From Phoronis australis (taxonomy: Eukaryota > Animalia > Phoronida): DNA of 64,000 nt. Numbering within the stretch: position 1 is the first letter of the stretch; the number at the start of each line of letters is the position of its first letter. The notes beneath the pieces were generated by a model. It was not told the origin of the DNA. It saw nothing but the letters and a program-made list of their open reading frames with translations, and did not search any database. Made by a program: the position numbers and the translations under genes. Positions 56,301 to 62,799 of the stretch are shown piece by piece. Where the stretch lies: assembly GCA_002633005.1 (NCBI GenBank), contig NMRA01000718.1, positions 120,021 to 184,020 on the forward strand, written 5' to 3'.

Positions 56301-59140
56301 GTATTTAGTTACAAACCTGACATGTACCCCTGTGCAGGGTACGTACCTTCAACCTCTGCGCTATAAGTGTTGCCCACAAGTATTTTTACACGCTGCTGTT
56401 TTCATGAACAATACTGATATTTTTAGAACGCATCCAGTCTGACTAAAAAACAATGGACATTATTAAATTTGTGGGCAATAAAATGCCACACAGGACTTGG
56501 CTAGTAACTTCCTAGATGACACTTCATGTGACAACTGATGTTGCAGAGGCAGGTTCTCTATCTCTCAAGATAACTTGCAACAAAACAACTAATAGAGGCA
56601 GCACAAAACTCGAGATCATCCCATACATAACTTAGTCAAAATTTGACGTTAATTGACTGCGCGTAGTGTACGTACCCCCCAACCAGTACCATTTTTTATT
56701 GTTTACAAGTTGAACACTGGGCTTAGAATTGCTTAAACCATTTTGAACAACTGGTGAGTGTGTTGAAAACTAGGCAAATAGCCCCAATAAAATTTTTGAA
56801 AAAAGTAGTCGCTTGTCTGATTTTCTTTTTGTAAGAATCATATTGCAAGAGAAGAAGTTCTCATGATGCTGTGTTAAGATATGCAATGTATCAATGTACG
56901 TACCCCCCAACCAGTACCATTTTTTACTGTTTACAAGTTGAACACTGGGCTTAGCATTGCTTAAACCATTTTGAGCAACTGGTGAATGTGTTGAAAACTA
57001 GGCAAATAGCACCAATAAAGTTTTTGAAAAAAGTAGTTGCTTGTCATTTTCCTTTTGTAAGAATCATATTGCAAGAAAAGAAGTTCTCATTATACTGTGT
57101 TAAGATATGCAATGTATCATCACCGAGAACAACTTGATCAGCACGGTAATAACTTTTCTTACTTTAGTATGTGACACTTCTTCAATTTGATCAAAAACTT
57201 ATTAAATTAACAGCTACCTTATGAATTTTTGCACGACAGAAGTGAGCTGTGACCACAAGTTGTAGTGTACGTACCCTTTTATACAACTGCGATGCATTAG
57301 GCCATGAATAATTCGGTGGTTCTTGCGCAAAAATATTTTAGATTACAAACCTGGAATAATGGTACTTTAAAATAACCCAGTTTTTACATTTACATGACAA
57401 CCTTCATTTTTCACCAAAAGTGGCCACCGAATATGGACCTTGATTGTGATTTGCCCGTGAGGACCTTTGAGCATACAGAGGTAAATATAAAAAAATAAAA
57501 TTGGCACTAGGTGGCACACCAGTACTCAGATCTGTCCGAAAGTCGTCGTCCTCCGTTGATAACATCATATAAATACACTTACTAAATTTAGTGAAGATCC
57601 TGCGAACGGCTAAGGAGATACAGCCATAGACGCAAAAGAAAAATGTCACTAGGAGGTGCCACAGTAGTTGAAGTCGTCAGAAAATTATTGTCAGCCGTCT
57701 ACTTCATAGTAAAAACATACATGCCAATTTTCACAATCATCCTTTGAGTGGTTTGGTTGATAGAGGGGTGGACATAAAAACAGACTCGAAAACAGTAAAA
57801 ATGGCCACTAGGTGGCGCAAACTACGTCGAATCCATTCGAAAACAAGATGATAGCATCTTGTAACTAATAGGTGGCTATATACCAAATTTTATGAAAATC
57901 CGTTCAGGAATTATGAAGAGAGATAAACATAAAAAAATAAAATTGCTAATAGGGGGCACACCAGTAGTCGGATCTGTCCAAAAGTTCGCTCATGCTGTCC
58001 CATCAACGGAAGGAACTATTCCGAAGTGACCACTTAGCTATGGCCAGTTGCTTTCAAGCGTAATTTGAACCAGTGAAGGCCTTGTTAACGATGACGATGC
58101 CTTTTTTACAAACCGGTCCCTATTTTTAAACCAGTCGCAGGATTTTTAAACAGGACACGGGACATTTAAACAGGACGCGCATTCGGCCAAACAGGATGCT
58201 GCGACACATTAAAAGCGGTTGTGGAGAACACTGGAACACATGAGCAAAATTTCATGAACATACGTCATGGCGTTTTGAGATAGATCAACGGACGTCGGAC
58301 GCCGCACGGACGGATGGACGTGCATAAAAATTGCCATTAGAAGGCACAGCGGTAGACTTGTATAAAAATCTATGTCAGTCATGTTCGACTATGCTCTGAA
58401 TGAATTGGCAAATACAGAAGCAAATCCCAAAATGAAACTGTAACATTGCATTCATAACAGAAACTCGTTTGTCATGACGGCAAGGTTTGAATCTAATCAT
58501 GACCTTACTTTGCTTACCTTGCCTTGTCAATCCAGGCAGCTGTGACGCCTGAGGTGGGTAATCCTTTGCTTTTGATTCTACATTACTCCAAAAGCTAAAG
58601 GCGTTACCAAATACTGGTGCATTGTTGGACATGCCAGTTGACCCTGCCACCTGATGGACCCCTGGAAGGTTAGTGTCGGTGACAGGCACCTGAGGTGGTG
58701 GTTTAGAGCACGAACTTTGCTCCCACTGTCGCAGATCAATGGGACTTCCACCAAATCCTGGATTCCCCCACATGTTATAGGGTGCATGAACCTCCTGTAA
58801 TTAATCCAGAAGCAAACCCAATGTATTCTCACAAACACAATTGAGGAAATTTCAAATTTTAATTTTTCTGTTTGTGTACACAGTGTTTGTTTATGTACAT
58901 ATTATGATTAGGAAGTGGATCGTGCAAACAAGGTAGTAGTCCAGGCATGTGGCTGTCGAGTGACTCATACTTTAACAGGGTAAAAGCTTGTGTGATGGAG
59001 TGTTCGGGCGAAACTTGCAAGAAACTAAGAATTATAAGAAACCAAACTTACCAGAGTGCTATATTGCACCTTTTGATAAGGTTGTACATCCAGACAAATT
59101 CCAGACAGCTCATGTCGTCGACCCAAAACGCGCTGTTGGG
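2173..59140 (-). CDS. PARP14: PARP14-like macro-PARP (RRM x7 or more, KH repeats, Macro x3, KH, WWE, mono-ART); 24 coding exons traced, 5' end not found
   Basis: Manual splicing gives one open frame of 6533 nt. All introns are GT-AG with matching phases. Domain order and motifs (LENYFEN..SGG; GDLT..ADVIVNAAN; PAIGTGNLG; LYHGT..GFNRSFCGKNA; YGAGVYFA; YPEYLITF) match the PARP14 family. Confidence 0.93.
3860..5870 (+). repeat. HINE-like (Helentron-associated) element array with ~145-bp diverged subunits
   Basis: Recurrent AAAATTGCCACTAGGGGGCAC / AAAGATCCTGCA..GGTTTAGGAGATACAG / AAAATGGCCACTAGATGGCGCAAA units. 3' hairpin-like end CACATATAAATATGTGAGCGCATAAAAA at about 5503-5530. Confidence 0.75.
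5880..6638 (+). repeat. Second, more divergent HINE-like repeat with its own 3' end
   Basis: Repeated AAATCC...ATTC/CGGTTC..TAGATAT.ATC units. Ends in GGACAGA..CCGGACA then ATGTGACC...GGTTGCCACATAAAAA. Confidence 0.45.
6692..6869 (-). CDS. PARP14: Exon: ART domain N-half (IQRIQNLRLWKSY...NERTLYHGTSEDTIDKINRQGFNRSFCGKN)
   Basis: tttttgtag|ATT ... AAT G|gtatgt; 178 nt. Catalytic His in LYHGT. This frame is not the one listed in the ORF track. Confidence 0.95.
7418..8910 (-). mobile_element. Non-autonomous TIR element, family A, copy 1 (inverted relative to the other copies)
   Basis: Reverse complement of 11301-13000 and 21483-23226. Imperfect TIRs CATGTCCTGAACACATCCACTAAA and TTTAGTGGGAATGTTCATAGCATG. 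Subterminal inverted repeat CCGCATTTATCCACCTT / AAGGTGGATAAATACGG. Lacks a ~290-bp internal segment present in copies 2 and 3. Confidence 0.85.
10855..11020 (+). repeat. Short dispersed repeat, second copy at about 34049-34188
   Basis: Shared TCACAGCTGT...GTAAAAGCTGCT.AGAAGGACCAG...GTAAGCGTATTATTCA blocks. Confidence 0.55.
11301..13000 (+). mobile_element. Family A TIR element, copy 2
   Basis: Near-identical along its length to copy 3. Ends 28 bp from the splice donor at 13028. Confidence 0.85.
13029..13165 (-). CDS. PARP14: Exon: WWE-to-ART linker (GSDELPACWSNMTDNLLVVDLPQSSPEYAKVSVDF...ILK)
   Basis: cacag|GT ... AAG|gtaagc; 137 nt. LP..W..M and L...S.EY..V...F motifs are typical of the region preceding the PARP catalytic core. 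Confidence 0.92.
13826..15500 (+). mobile_element. Kolobok DNA transposon, internally deleted, with THAP (+) and KolX-like (-) remnants
   Basis: TTAA flanks at 13822-25 and 15501-04. TIR A(A/G)GAG(A/C)A(C/T)GCCACCC. Degenerate THAP at 13991 (MPLSCGA...LPQESEMLRKWLRIVK...KHLRVFG). Minus-strand GYQFEQEYSDEE at about 14274-14309. Confidence 0.8.
16248..16427 (-). CDS. PARP14: Exon: WWE domain (DSWENYSKVANFVIEQAY...VFAKMEE...VKRVET)
   Basis: cttttag|AT ... ACG G|gtaagt; 180 nt. W..Y....N..IE.AY and F..M, V.R WWE pattern. Confidence 0.9.
16791..17010 (-). CDS. PARP14: Exon: KH-like segment and start of WWE (IRIRGRNDKVLIAKSDI...VQWTFQDD)
   Basis: ttacag|ATA ... GAT G|gtaggc; 220 nt; phases fit both neighbours. 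Confidence 0.88.
18093..19432 (+). mobile_element. Non-autonomous hAT-type element with 5-bp TSD (hAT5-like)
   Basis: TIR CAGGGCTCGA...TCGAGCCCTG. TAATG at 18088-92 and 19433-37. Subterminal GCGACCTG repeats. Confidence 0.82.
19589..19824 (-). CDS. PARP14: Exon: post-macro KH-like segment (ELHLRIFGEDMQAIEKAISDI)
   Basis: gtatag|GG ... GAT|gtaaga; 236 nt. Confidence 0.88.
21022..21207 (-). CDS. PARP14: Exon: end of macrodomain 3 (LRSINIVIFQQHLVKSY)
   Basis: ttctag|CT ... AAG C|gtaagt; 186 nt. L..I.IVIFQ macro C-terminal strand. Confidence 0.88.
21483..23226 (+). mobile_element. Family A TIR element, copy 3
   Basis: Starts CATGCTATGAACATTCCCACTAAA, ends TTTAGTGGATGTGTTCACGACATG. ORF-track peptides 22371..22607 and 8009..8284 are almost identical because of this repeat. 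Confidence 0.87.
24454..24621 (-). CDS. PARP14: Exon: macrodomain 3 (ITDAGSLSCQHIVHV...SLSMPAIGT)
   Basis: ttctag|GG ... ACA G|gtatgg; 168 nt. Confidence 0.92.
24933..25952 (+). repeat. Degenerate ~375-bp duplication plus repeated GGGGCTACGGAGAAT motif (probable subterminal repeats of a DNA transposon)
   Basis: 24933-25205 resembles 25310-25570. Motif copies at about 25094, 25465, 25766, 25784 and 25938. Confidence 0.55.
28082..28147 (-). CDS. PARP14: Small exon: macrodomain 3 helix (GEVSRAILKAGGQKIARECKRI)
   Basis: tttcag|GT ... ATA G|gtaact; 66 nt. VS.AIL.AGG macro motif. Too short for the ORF track. Confidence 0.9.
29019..29171 (-). CDS. PARP14: Exon: start of macrodomain 3 (VRVFQGDITRQTTEAIVNPSNSRLDLNS)
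   Basis: ttttcag|GT ... TCG G|gtaagt; 153 nt. GDIT...AIVN motif. Confidence 0.92.
29292..29330. repeat. (TA)n / (TATG) microsatellite
   Basis: TATATATATATATATATATATATATGTATATGTATATAT seen directly. Confidence 0.9.
29687..29780 (+). pseudogene. tRNA-derived (SINE head-like) sequence with a duplicated B-box
   Basis: A-box TGGTGTAGTGG. B-box GGTTCGAAAC occurs twice because CTCTTGAGGCCCGGGTTCGAAA is tandemly duplicated. Confidence 0.6.
31489..31600 (-). CDS. PARP14: Exon: macro2-macro3 linker (AFETEMKRLSGCPKQMSRR...)
   Basis: ttacag|GCC ... GCA G|gtaaat; 112 nt. Phase 0 to 1 bridges the neighbouring exons. Confidence 0.85.
32171..32389 (-). CDS. PARP14: Exon: macrodomain 2 C-half (SIAFPAIGTGNLGY...IRVVVYDKD)
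   Basis: tttcaag|ATT ... CAG|gtttgt; 219 nt. Confidence 0.93.
32689..33931. mobile_element. Non-autonomous Tc1/mariner-type element
   Basis: 26-bp TIR CAGTACAGCCACTGAATT(A/T)TTAGACT. TA flanks at 32687-88 and 33932-33. GCGTGA/CCGTGA/CCGGAG subterminal repeats at both ends. Confidence 0.82.
34205..36653 (+). mobile_element. Diverged, 5'-truncated second copy of the hAT5-like element, split by a HINE insertion
   Basis: 34205-34517 matches parts of 18240-19020. 36244-36653 matches about 19027-19432 and ends GCATCGAGCCCAG. Confidence 0.72.
34518..36243 (+). mobile_element. Full-length HINE-like element with internal ~145-bp repeat array
   Basis: 5' AACATGAGC...AAATGTGCCCACG. 3' GGACAGACG microsatellite-like tract and hairpin ATGCGTCCACAT...ATGTGGGCGCATAAAAA. 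The 5' ATG(T/C)GCCCAC is inverted relative to the 3' GTGGGCGCAT. Inserted in an A-run of the host hAT element without a TSD. Confidence 0.75.
37127..37354 (-). CDS. PARP14: Exon: macrodomain 2 N-half (AAVLVNTVGTDLDLCQGAVSKSLLKKAG)
   Basis: ttgcag|GCT ... CGT|gtaagt; 228 nt. Confidence 0.92.
37854..37969 (-). CDS. PARP14: Exon: macro1-macro2 linker and first strands of macro2 (THSGVVIKMKKSQIANEK)
   Basis: ttaccag|AA ... AAG|gtactt; 116 nt. Confidence 0.85.
38094..38564 (-). CDS. PARP14: Exon: macrodomain 1 body (TTGGGKLPCRNIVHVVGPSW...IPAVGSGIFGVP)
   Basis: ttttag|GC ... AAT G|gtaagc; 471 nt. MacroD-type HVVGP and SGIFG motifs. Confidence 0.95.
39196..40905 (-). CDS. PARP14: Large exon: end of last RRM, KH-repeat region, start of macrodomain 1 (IIQGDLTKHKADVIVNAANGELKNTGGLAAAL)
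   Basis: ttttgtag|TT ... CAA G|gtgctt; 1710 nt inside ORF 39170..40933. Repeated KH-like strand-helix units (IKVTGLKKSV, IRFSGIPLEV, LVVVGTGHVI, FVIQGTKVGL). Confidence 0.95.
41349..41417 (-). pseudogene. Degenerate tRNA-derived fragment
   Basis: Minus strand reads ...GAGGTCATGGGTTCAAATCTCAG (B-box) with a degenerate A-box upstream. Confidence 0.4.
41721..41957 (-). CDS. PARP14: Exon: RRM module (DSIQVHDLP...TLENYFENTRKSGG...AVITFADYT)
   Basis: catttag|AC ... ACA G|gtgtgt; 237 nt; phase 1-1. Confidence 0.92.
42268..45301 (+). mobile_element. Tandem or nested HINE-like elements with ~145-bp repeat arrays
   Basis: 5' heads AACAAGAGC...AAATGC(A/G)CCCAC at about 42268 and 42503. 3' ends with GACG tracts and hairpin ATGCGTCCACACATAAATATGTGGACGCAT (about 43765-43794), plus a second 3' end at about 45262-45301. 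Confidence 0.75.
45639..45887 (-). CDS. PARP14: Exon: RRM module (KVAVCSIP...SLVNYLESKSG...AFATFSQSP)
   Basis: ttttag|AT ... CCA G|gtaagt; 249 nt; phase 1-1. Confidence 0.92.
46099..46401 (-). CDS. PARP14: Exon: RRM module (KTIGVSRLP...DLENYFENRRKSGGG...ALVTFAEAS)
   Basis: tttgtag|AT ... TCA G|gtgaga; 303 nt; phase 1-1. Confidence 0.93.
48086..48400 (-). CDS. PARP14: Exon: RRM module (VAKRVAERPEHVLLG...SVRVTNF...LIELFFDNPKKCGG...AVVDYGSEE)
   Basis: ttctag|TT ... GAA G|gtacag; 315 nt; phase 1-1. Confidence 0.92.
48719..48958 (-). CDS. PARP14: Exon: RRM module (VDSVLSRADH...GVRVTGL...ALELYFESAKKSDG...AVIDFGSVE)
   Basis: atttcag|TC ... GAA G|gtttga; 240 nt; phase 1-1. Confidence 0.92.
49079..49243 (-). 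CDS. PARP14: Exon: RRM N-part (PRLLEVSGF...MLELYFENNKKSGGG...ALMEFEDPR)
   Basis: ttctag|GC ... AGG G|gtaagt; 165 nt; phase 1-1. Confidence 0.92.
50563..50755. repeat. ~190-bp imperfect palindrome (foldback / MITE-like)
   Basis: AATTACAGTAGGAATTTCTT..TGATAATCCAAGAAATTTACCTTAAACA pairs with TGTTTAAGGTAAATTTTCTGGATTATCA..AAGAAATTTCTACAGTAATT. Inner stem TGTGACCC..GGGTCACA. Confidence 0.75.
51750..52170 (+). repeat. Degraded HINE-like repeat fragment
   Basis: CACTAGGGGGCA, GGAGATACAGC and GCCACTAGGAG subunit landmarks. Confidence 0.6.
52563..53075 (+). mobile_element. 5' fragment of a second Kolobok element (THAP start and zinc-ribbon remnant)
   Basis: TTAA at 52559-62 followed by AGACCAAGGCAACC. 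ATG at 52831 gives MPHCCCLPECTHYGPK. 53001-53060 gives KFIVDLSKVLELFKRCQVCG. Confidence 0.62.
53203..54086. mobile_element. Solo LTR (884 bp)
   Basis: TG...CA termini (TGTCGGA...TCTGACA). 5-bp TSD GGGTA/GGGAA with 1 mismatch. AATAAA near 53990. Interrupts the HINE consensus cleanly. Confidence 0.72.
54981..57457. mobile_element. Non-autonomous TIR DNA transposon (~2.5 kb), possibly CMC/EnSpm-like
   Basis: 30-bp TIR CGG(CT/GC)AAATCACAATCAAGGTCCATATTCG. About 7 copies of the GTG(T/C)ACGTACCC motif. Internal ~227-bp tandem duplication 56667-56893 / 56895-57119. Confidence 0.8.
58518..58794 (-). CDS. PARP14: Exon: low-complexity P/G/S/Q-rich spacer (EVHAPYNMWGNPGFGGSP...LPGLTRQ)
   Basis: ttacag|GAG ... 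CAA G|gtaagc; 277 nt. Phase 0 to 1 joins exactly between exons 59052-59140 and 49079-49243. Confidence 0.75.
59052..59140 (-). CDS. PARP14: Most upstream exon found: C-terminal part of an RRM (xQQRVLGRRHELSGICLDVQPYQKVQYSTL)
   Basis: tgttgcag|CC ... CTG|gtaagt; 89 nt. Same RV...H.L.G..L.V pattern as the 5' half of the other RRM exons. Confidence 0.75.
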
Positions 59141-60370
59141 CTGCAACACATATCACAACATTAGTTGATATTTTCACCTCAGTTTAGCCTTCCAACCAAG
59201 ACTTCAAATGAAGACTTCCAACAAAGACCATTAAAGTCCGAGTCCTGCGTGGATATCCCGAGATTGACATATTAGAAAACTTTTGAGCCATGACATTCAA
59301 AAAGCCTATTTTGTAGCGTGTATTTTAACGAAAAACAAAAAAAATGAAAATAACCTCTTATACATAAACTAGCACAAAAGAAGATGGTGCAAAAAACAAC
59401 ACACAGTTTGAACCTCGGGTTTCATGAACAGCAAACTTGAAAACAAAGATGAGTAAAATAGTGAAAATATGTCCTCACCGTTTTGGCATTATGTGACAAA
59501 CTTGAAGAAAACTTCCACATTAAGCAAGCAACAAACAGTCACACCCACAATCAGAAATTTTTAATTTCCCTCAATGAATGAATATAAAGTGAAGTGAATT
59601 GCTTTACTTGTTGTTTTTGACATCCCTGATCTCGCATAAATGTGCCAAAAGGAATTCTTTCCTTCTGGTTGAAGAACAGCAAGCGGCAATTCTCAAATTA
59701 AAGCATATCACTGATGACATATCTCAATTCATGAATCCATTAACTGGAAGTCAAATTGACAGTTTCCATACAATAACAAGCCATATTGCAGGCATGATTA
59801 AATCCGGCAACATTAAACTTTCTACCTGGGAATGAGTCACGGCCCTCGATATTGGCCCGCCGGGTCAAATCAGGGATCCTGACCTGAGGTTTGAACCTTT
59901 GCACTGTGGGTGCACGTACCTGATGATAAAAAGTGTGCCTCTTTCAAAAAGTTCTGCCCAGCAGACTATTGAGTGTAATTTAAGTGGTAACATATGAAAC
60001 CAACAGCCCAAGGGCAATCGAGATAGTTGTGTTCATGTAAAAGTTTCATTTTTAAATATATTCCATACAAAAAGGCAATCTGACAAAAACTTCAAACCGA
60101 ACTTGAGTTGTTCAGGATATAATTAAGCGAATTGACTAACACTCAAGAATCTTGCATTTTTGAAAGTTTTGTGTTTTAAAAGATGCCACAATGCACTTGT
60201 GCCTTTTTATTTTTATGATGAGCTAATCGCACGGTCAAAGGCATTTACTAAACGTTTGAACTTGTAACAAAACACTAGTTTATTTGTTTACCACGACCCA
60301 CAGGCACAGCCCACAGCCACCACAGGGCTAATCTTCGAGGGTAAGTCTTGACATACTACTTGCATGTGAC

Positions 60371-60438
60371 CTCGCGGGTTCCCTACGTGCCTAGACAGTT
60401 GGCTACTGACCACCTAGAGGCACGCGGGAACCAGCGAG
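60371..60438. mobile_element. 68-bp mini TIR element with target-site duplication
   Basis: CTCGCGGGTTCCCTACGTGCC...GGCACGCGGGAACCAGCGAG flanked by GCATGTGAC direct repeats. A related terminus occurs at about 63929-63949. Confidence 0.7.
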
Positions 60439-61560
60439 GCATGTGACTTGGCCGCAGCGCCACCACGCGGATTAGTTTCCTACAATAGCCAAGCCCCGGT
60501 AATCAATTACGAAACTTTGATTTCTCAGTGGCGGATCTGAGGGGGGGGGGGGGGNAAAAATGGCACCGCCAGCGTGTGTAAACCCCAAGTAAACCAACTT
60601 GGAAAAAACTGAGGGGGGGAGTTCACTCTGAAAATATAGTTTTTTGCATTGTGAATTGGTGAGTCTTAGTGGCTCATCGGCAAAACGTGCGGGGATTTAT
60701 TGTGCGTGCTTCCGTCCACACTTCTGAAGTAGCCAAGCATTTTAGATGGATTCACCGCTGAAAGAGCAGTTCTATAGCTGATTTCTTTAGGTAACTAGCT
60801 TCTTTACTCTTATATTCTGATTTGATTAGGGGAAATACTGCGGTGCCGCAACCCTGATATTCATATGTCATACCGTGTCATTCTATTACACTCAACACAT
60901 TTGTAACTGGTGTATAGTAAAGTTGACTTGCGCAATATCATACAGTGTACATGTACATGTAACATCGTGTACATGTACATGTAATATTTTTGAAAAAAAT
61001 TCTTTTTCCGAAGAATTGCTGTTGAAGCGGGCGCCGTGGTCTGGTCGCGAGTCCATTTGAAGACACACTCTATAACACGTTATGTCTATAAAAGGAATGG
61101 TCAAGGGGGCACTCACATTGAGAAAGTGACCGCATTCGCGAAAGTGTACAGTACCAGAAATTGCGGGGAGGCTGTTCTTTCACAACAAAGTCTTGCGGGA
61201 CTCGTACGATGTTCAATAGGCCTCCTAAGGAGCCCTAGTGCCGATCTCAACACTTACCGTCAGTCTACCTGCAATAAGCACACTGCCGTCTTCTATACTG
61301 GGAATTTCCGTAGAAAGGCTCACCCGATGAAACGCTCATGCCCATGGATATTTATTTGATATTTATAGTAATTCGGGTTTCAAGCGTTCAGACATTGGGA
61401 CGTTTATTTCGAAAACTGCAAGAGATGAAAATAGGTCCTGGGATTCTTCGTCAAGGTTTGAAGTAGTCCATGATGAACAGATCAAATTTAGTTGCACATG
61501 TAAGTCTTTTGAATGGACTTGGTAACCTCAAGGGTCCGTAGTGTCAACTGAGCTGCAAAA

Positions 61561-61800
61561 CGAGATGCTGACATTGTAGAGGCTTACAAGCTCATTGACA
61601 CAGCAGTTGACGAAGTGCAAGCGTTGGGAACAAACATCGAAGATATCTGGGTAGAATGGTTCCAAGACGAGCAAATCATTGGATCCGATATACAAATTCC
61701 TCGGCAGTCTAGACAACAGAAGGATAGGACTAACGTACGAGTAACCACTGGGGATTAAAATTTTAGAGAGAAGTTTTCAATTCAAAATTTTTTGCATAGT
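61561..61800 (+). pseudogene. hAT transposase fragment (THAP12/PRKRIR- and ZMYM1-like group)
   Basis: Translates RDADIVEAYKLIDTAVDEVQALGTNIEDIWVEWFQDEQIIGSDIQIPRQSRQQKDRTNV, matching the LQ..D.DIV.A ... PR...RQ..R.N pattern of this hAT group. Frameshifted at both ends. Confidence 0.72.
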
Positions 61801-61809
61801 ACACTTTAG

Positions 61810-62799
61810 NNNNNNNNNNNNNNNNNNNNNNNNNNNNNNNNNNNNNNNNNNNNNNNNNNNNNNNNNNNNNNNNNNNNNNNNNNNNNNNNNNNNNNNNNNN
61901 NNNNNNNNNNNNNNNNNNNNNNNNNNNNNNNNNNNNNNNNNNNNNNNNNNNNNNNNNNNNNNNNNNNNNNNNNNNNNNNNNNNNNNNNNNNNNNNNNNNN
62001 NNNNNNNNNNNNNNNNNNNNNNNNNNNNNNNNNNNNNNNNNNNNNNNNNNNNNNNNNNNNNNNNNNNNNNNNNNNNNNNNNNNNNNNNNNNNNNNNNNNN
62101 NNNNNNNNNNNNNNNNNNNNNNNNNNNNNNNNNNNNNNNNNNNNNNNNNNNNNNNNNNNNNNNNNNNNNNNNNNNNNNNNNNNNNNNNNNNNNNNNNNNN
62201 NNNNNNNNNNNNNNNNNNNNNNNNNNNNNNNNNNNNNNNNNNNNNNNNNNNNNNNNNNNNNNNNNNNNNNNNNNNNNNNNNNNNNNNNNNNNNNNNNNNN
62301 NNNNNNNNNNNNNNNNNNNNNNNNNNNNNNNNNNNNNNNNNNNNNNNNNNNNNNNNNNNNNNNNNNNNNNNNNNNNNNNNNNNNNNNNNNNNNNNNNNNN
62401 NNNNNNNNNNNNNNNNNNNNNNNNNNNNNNNNNNNNNNNNNNNNNNNNNNNNNNNNNNNNNNNNNNNNNNNNNNNNNNNNNNNNNNNNNNNNNNNNNNNN
62501 NNNNNNNNNNNNNNNNNNNNNNNNNNNNNNNNNNNNNNNNNNNNNNNNNNNNNNNNNNNNNNNNNNNNNNNNNNNNNNNNNNNNNNNNNNNNNNNNNNNN
62601 NNNNNNNNNNNNNNNNNNNNNNNNNNNNNNNNNNNNNNNNNNNNNNNNNNNNNNNNNNNNNNNNNNNNNNNNNNNNNNNNNNNNNNNNNNNNNNNNNNNN
62701 NNNNNNNNNNNNNNNNNNNNNNNNNNNNNNNNNNNNNNNNNNNNNNNNNNNNNNNNNNNNNNNNNNNNNNNNNNNNNNNNNNNNNNNNNNNNNNNNNNN
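61810..62799. other. Assembly gap (990 N)
   Basis: Run of N. The ORF-track entry 61763..62803 is an artefact of it. Confidence 1.

Larger units (their letters stand above)
53076..58330 (+). mobile_element. HINE-like element fragmented by a solo LTR and a TIR transposon (HINE pieces about 53076-53202, 54087-54979, 57460-58330)
   Basis: The HINE consensus resumes in register on both sides of each insertion (AAAACGGG|AAC; CGTTG|AGGACCTTTG). 3' GGACG tract and GTGCATAAAAA at about 58290-58330. Confidence 0.72.

Noticed and set aside
59215-59286. Plus-strand peptide LPTKTIKVRVLRGYPEIDILENF resembling an RRM start
   Set aside because: Wrong strand for the gene, ends in a stop, lacks the SGG motif. 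Likely coincidence.
59920-59965. Candidate 46-nt minus-strand exon (SAGQNFLKEAHFLSS) with ag/gtacgt ends in compatible phase
   Set aside because: Weak polypyrimidine tract and it does not match the RRM strand spacing of the other exons. Needs RNA evidence.
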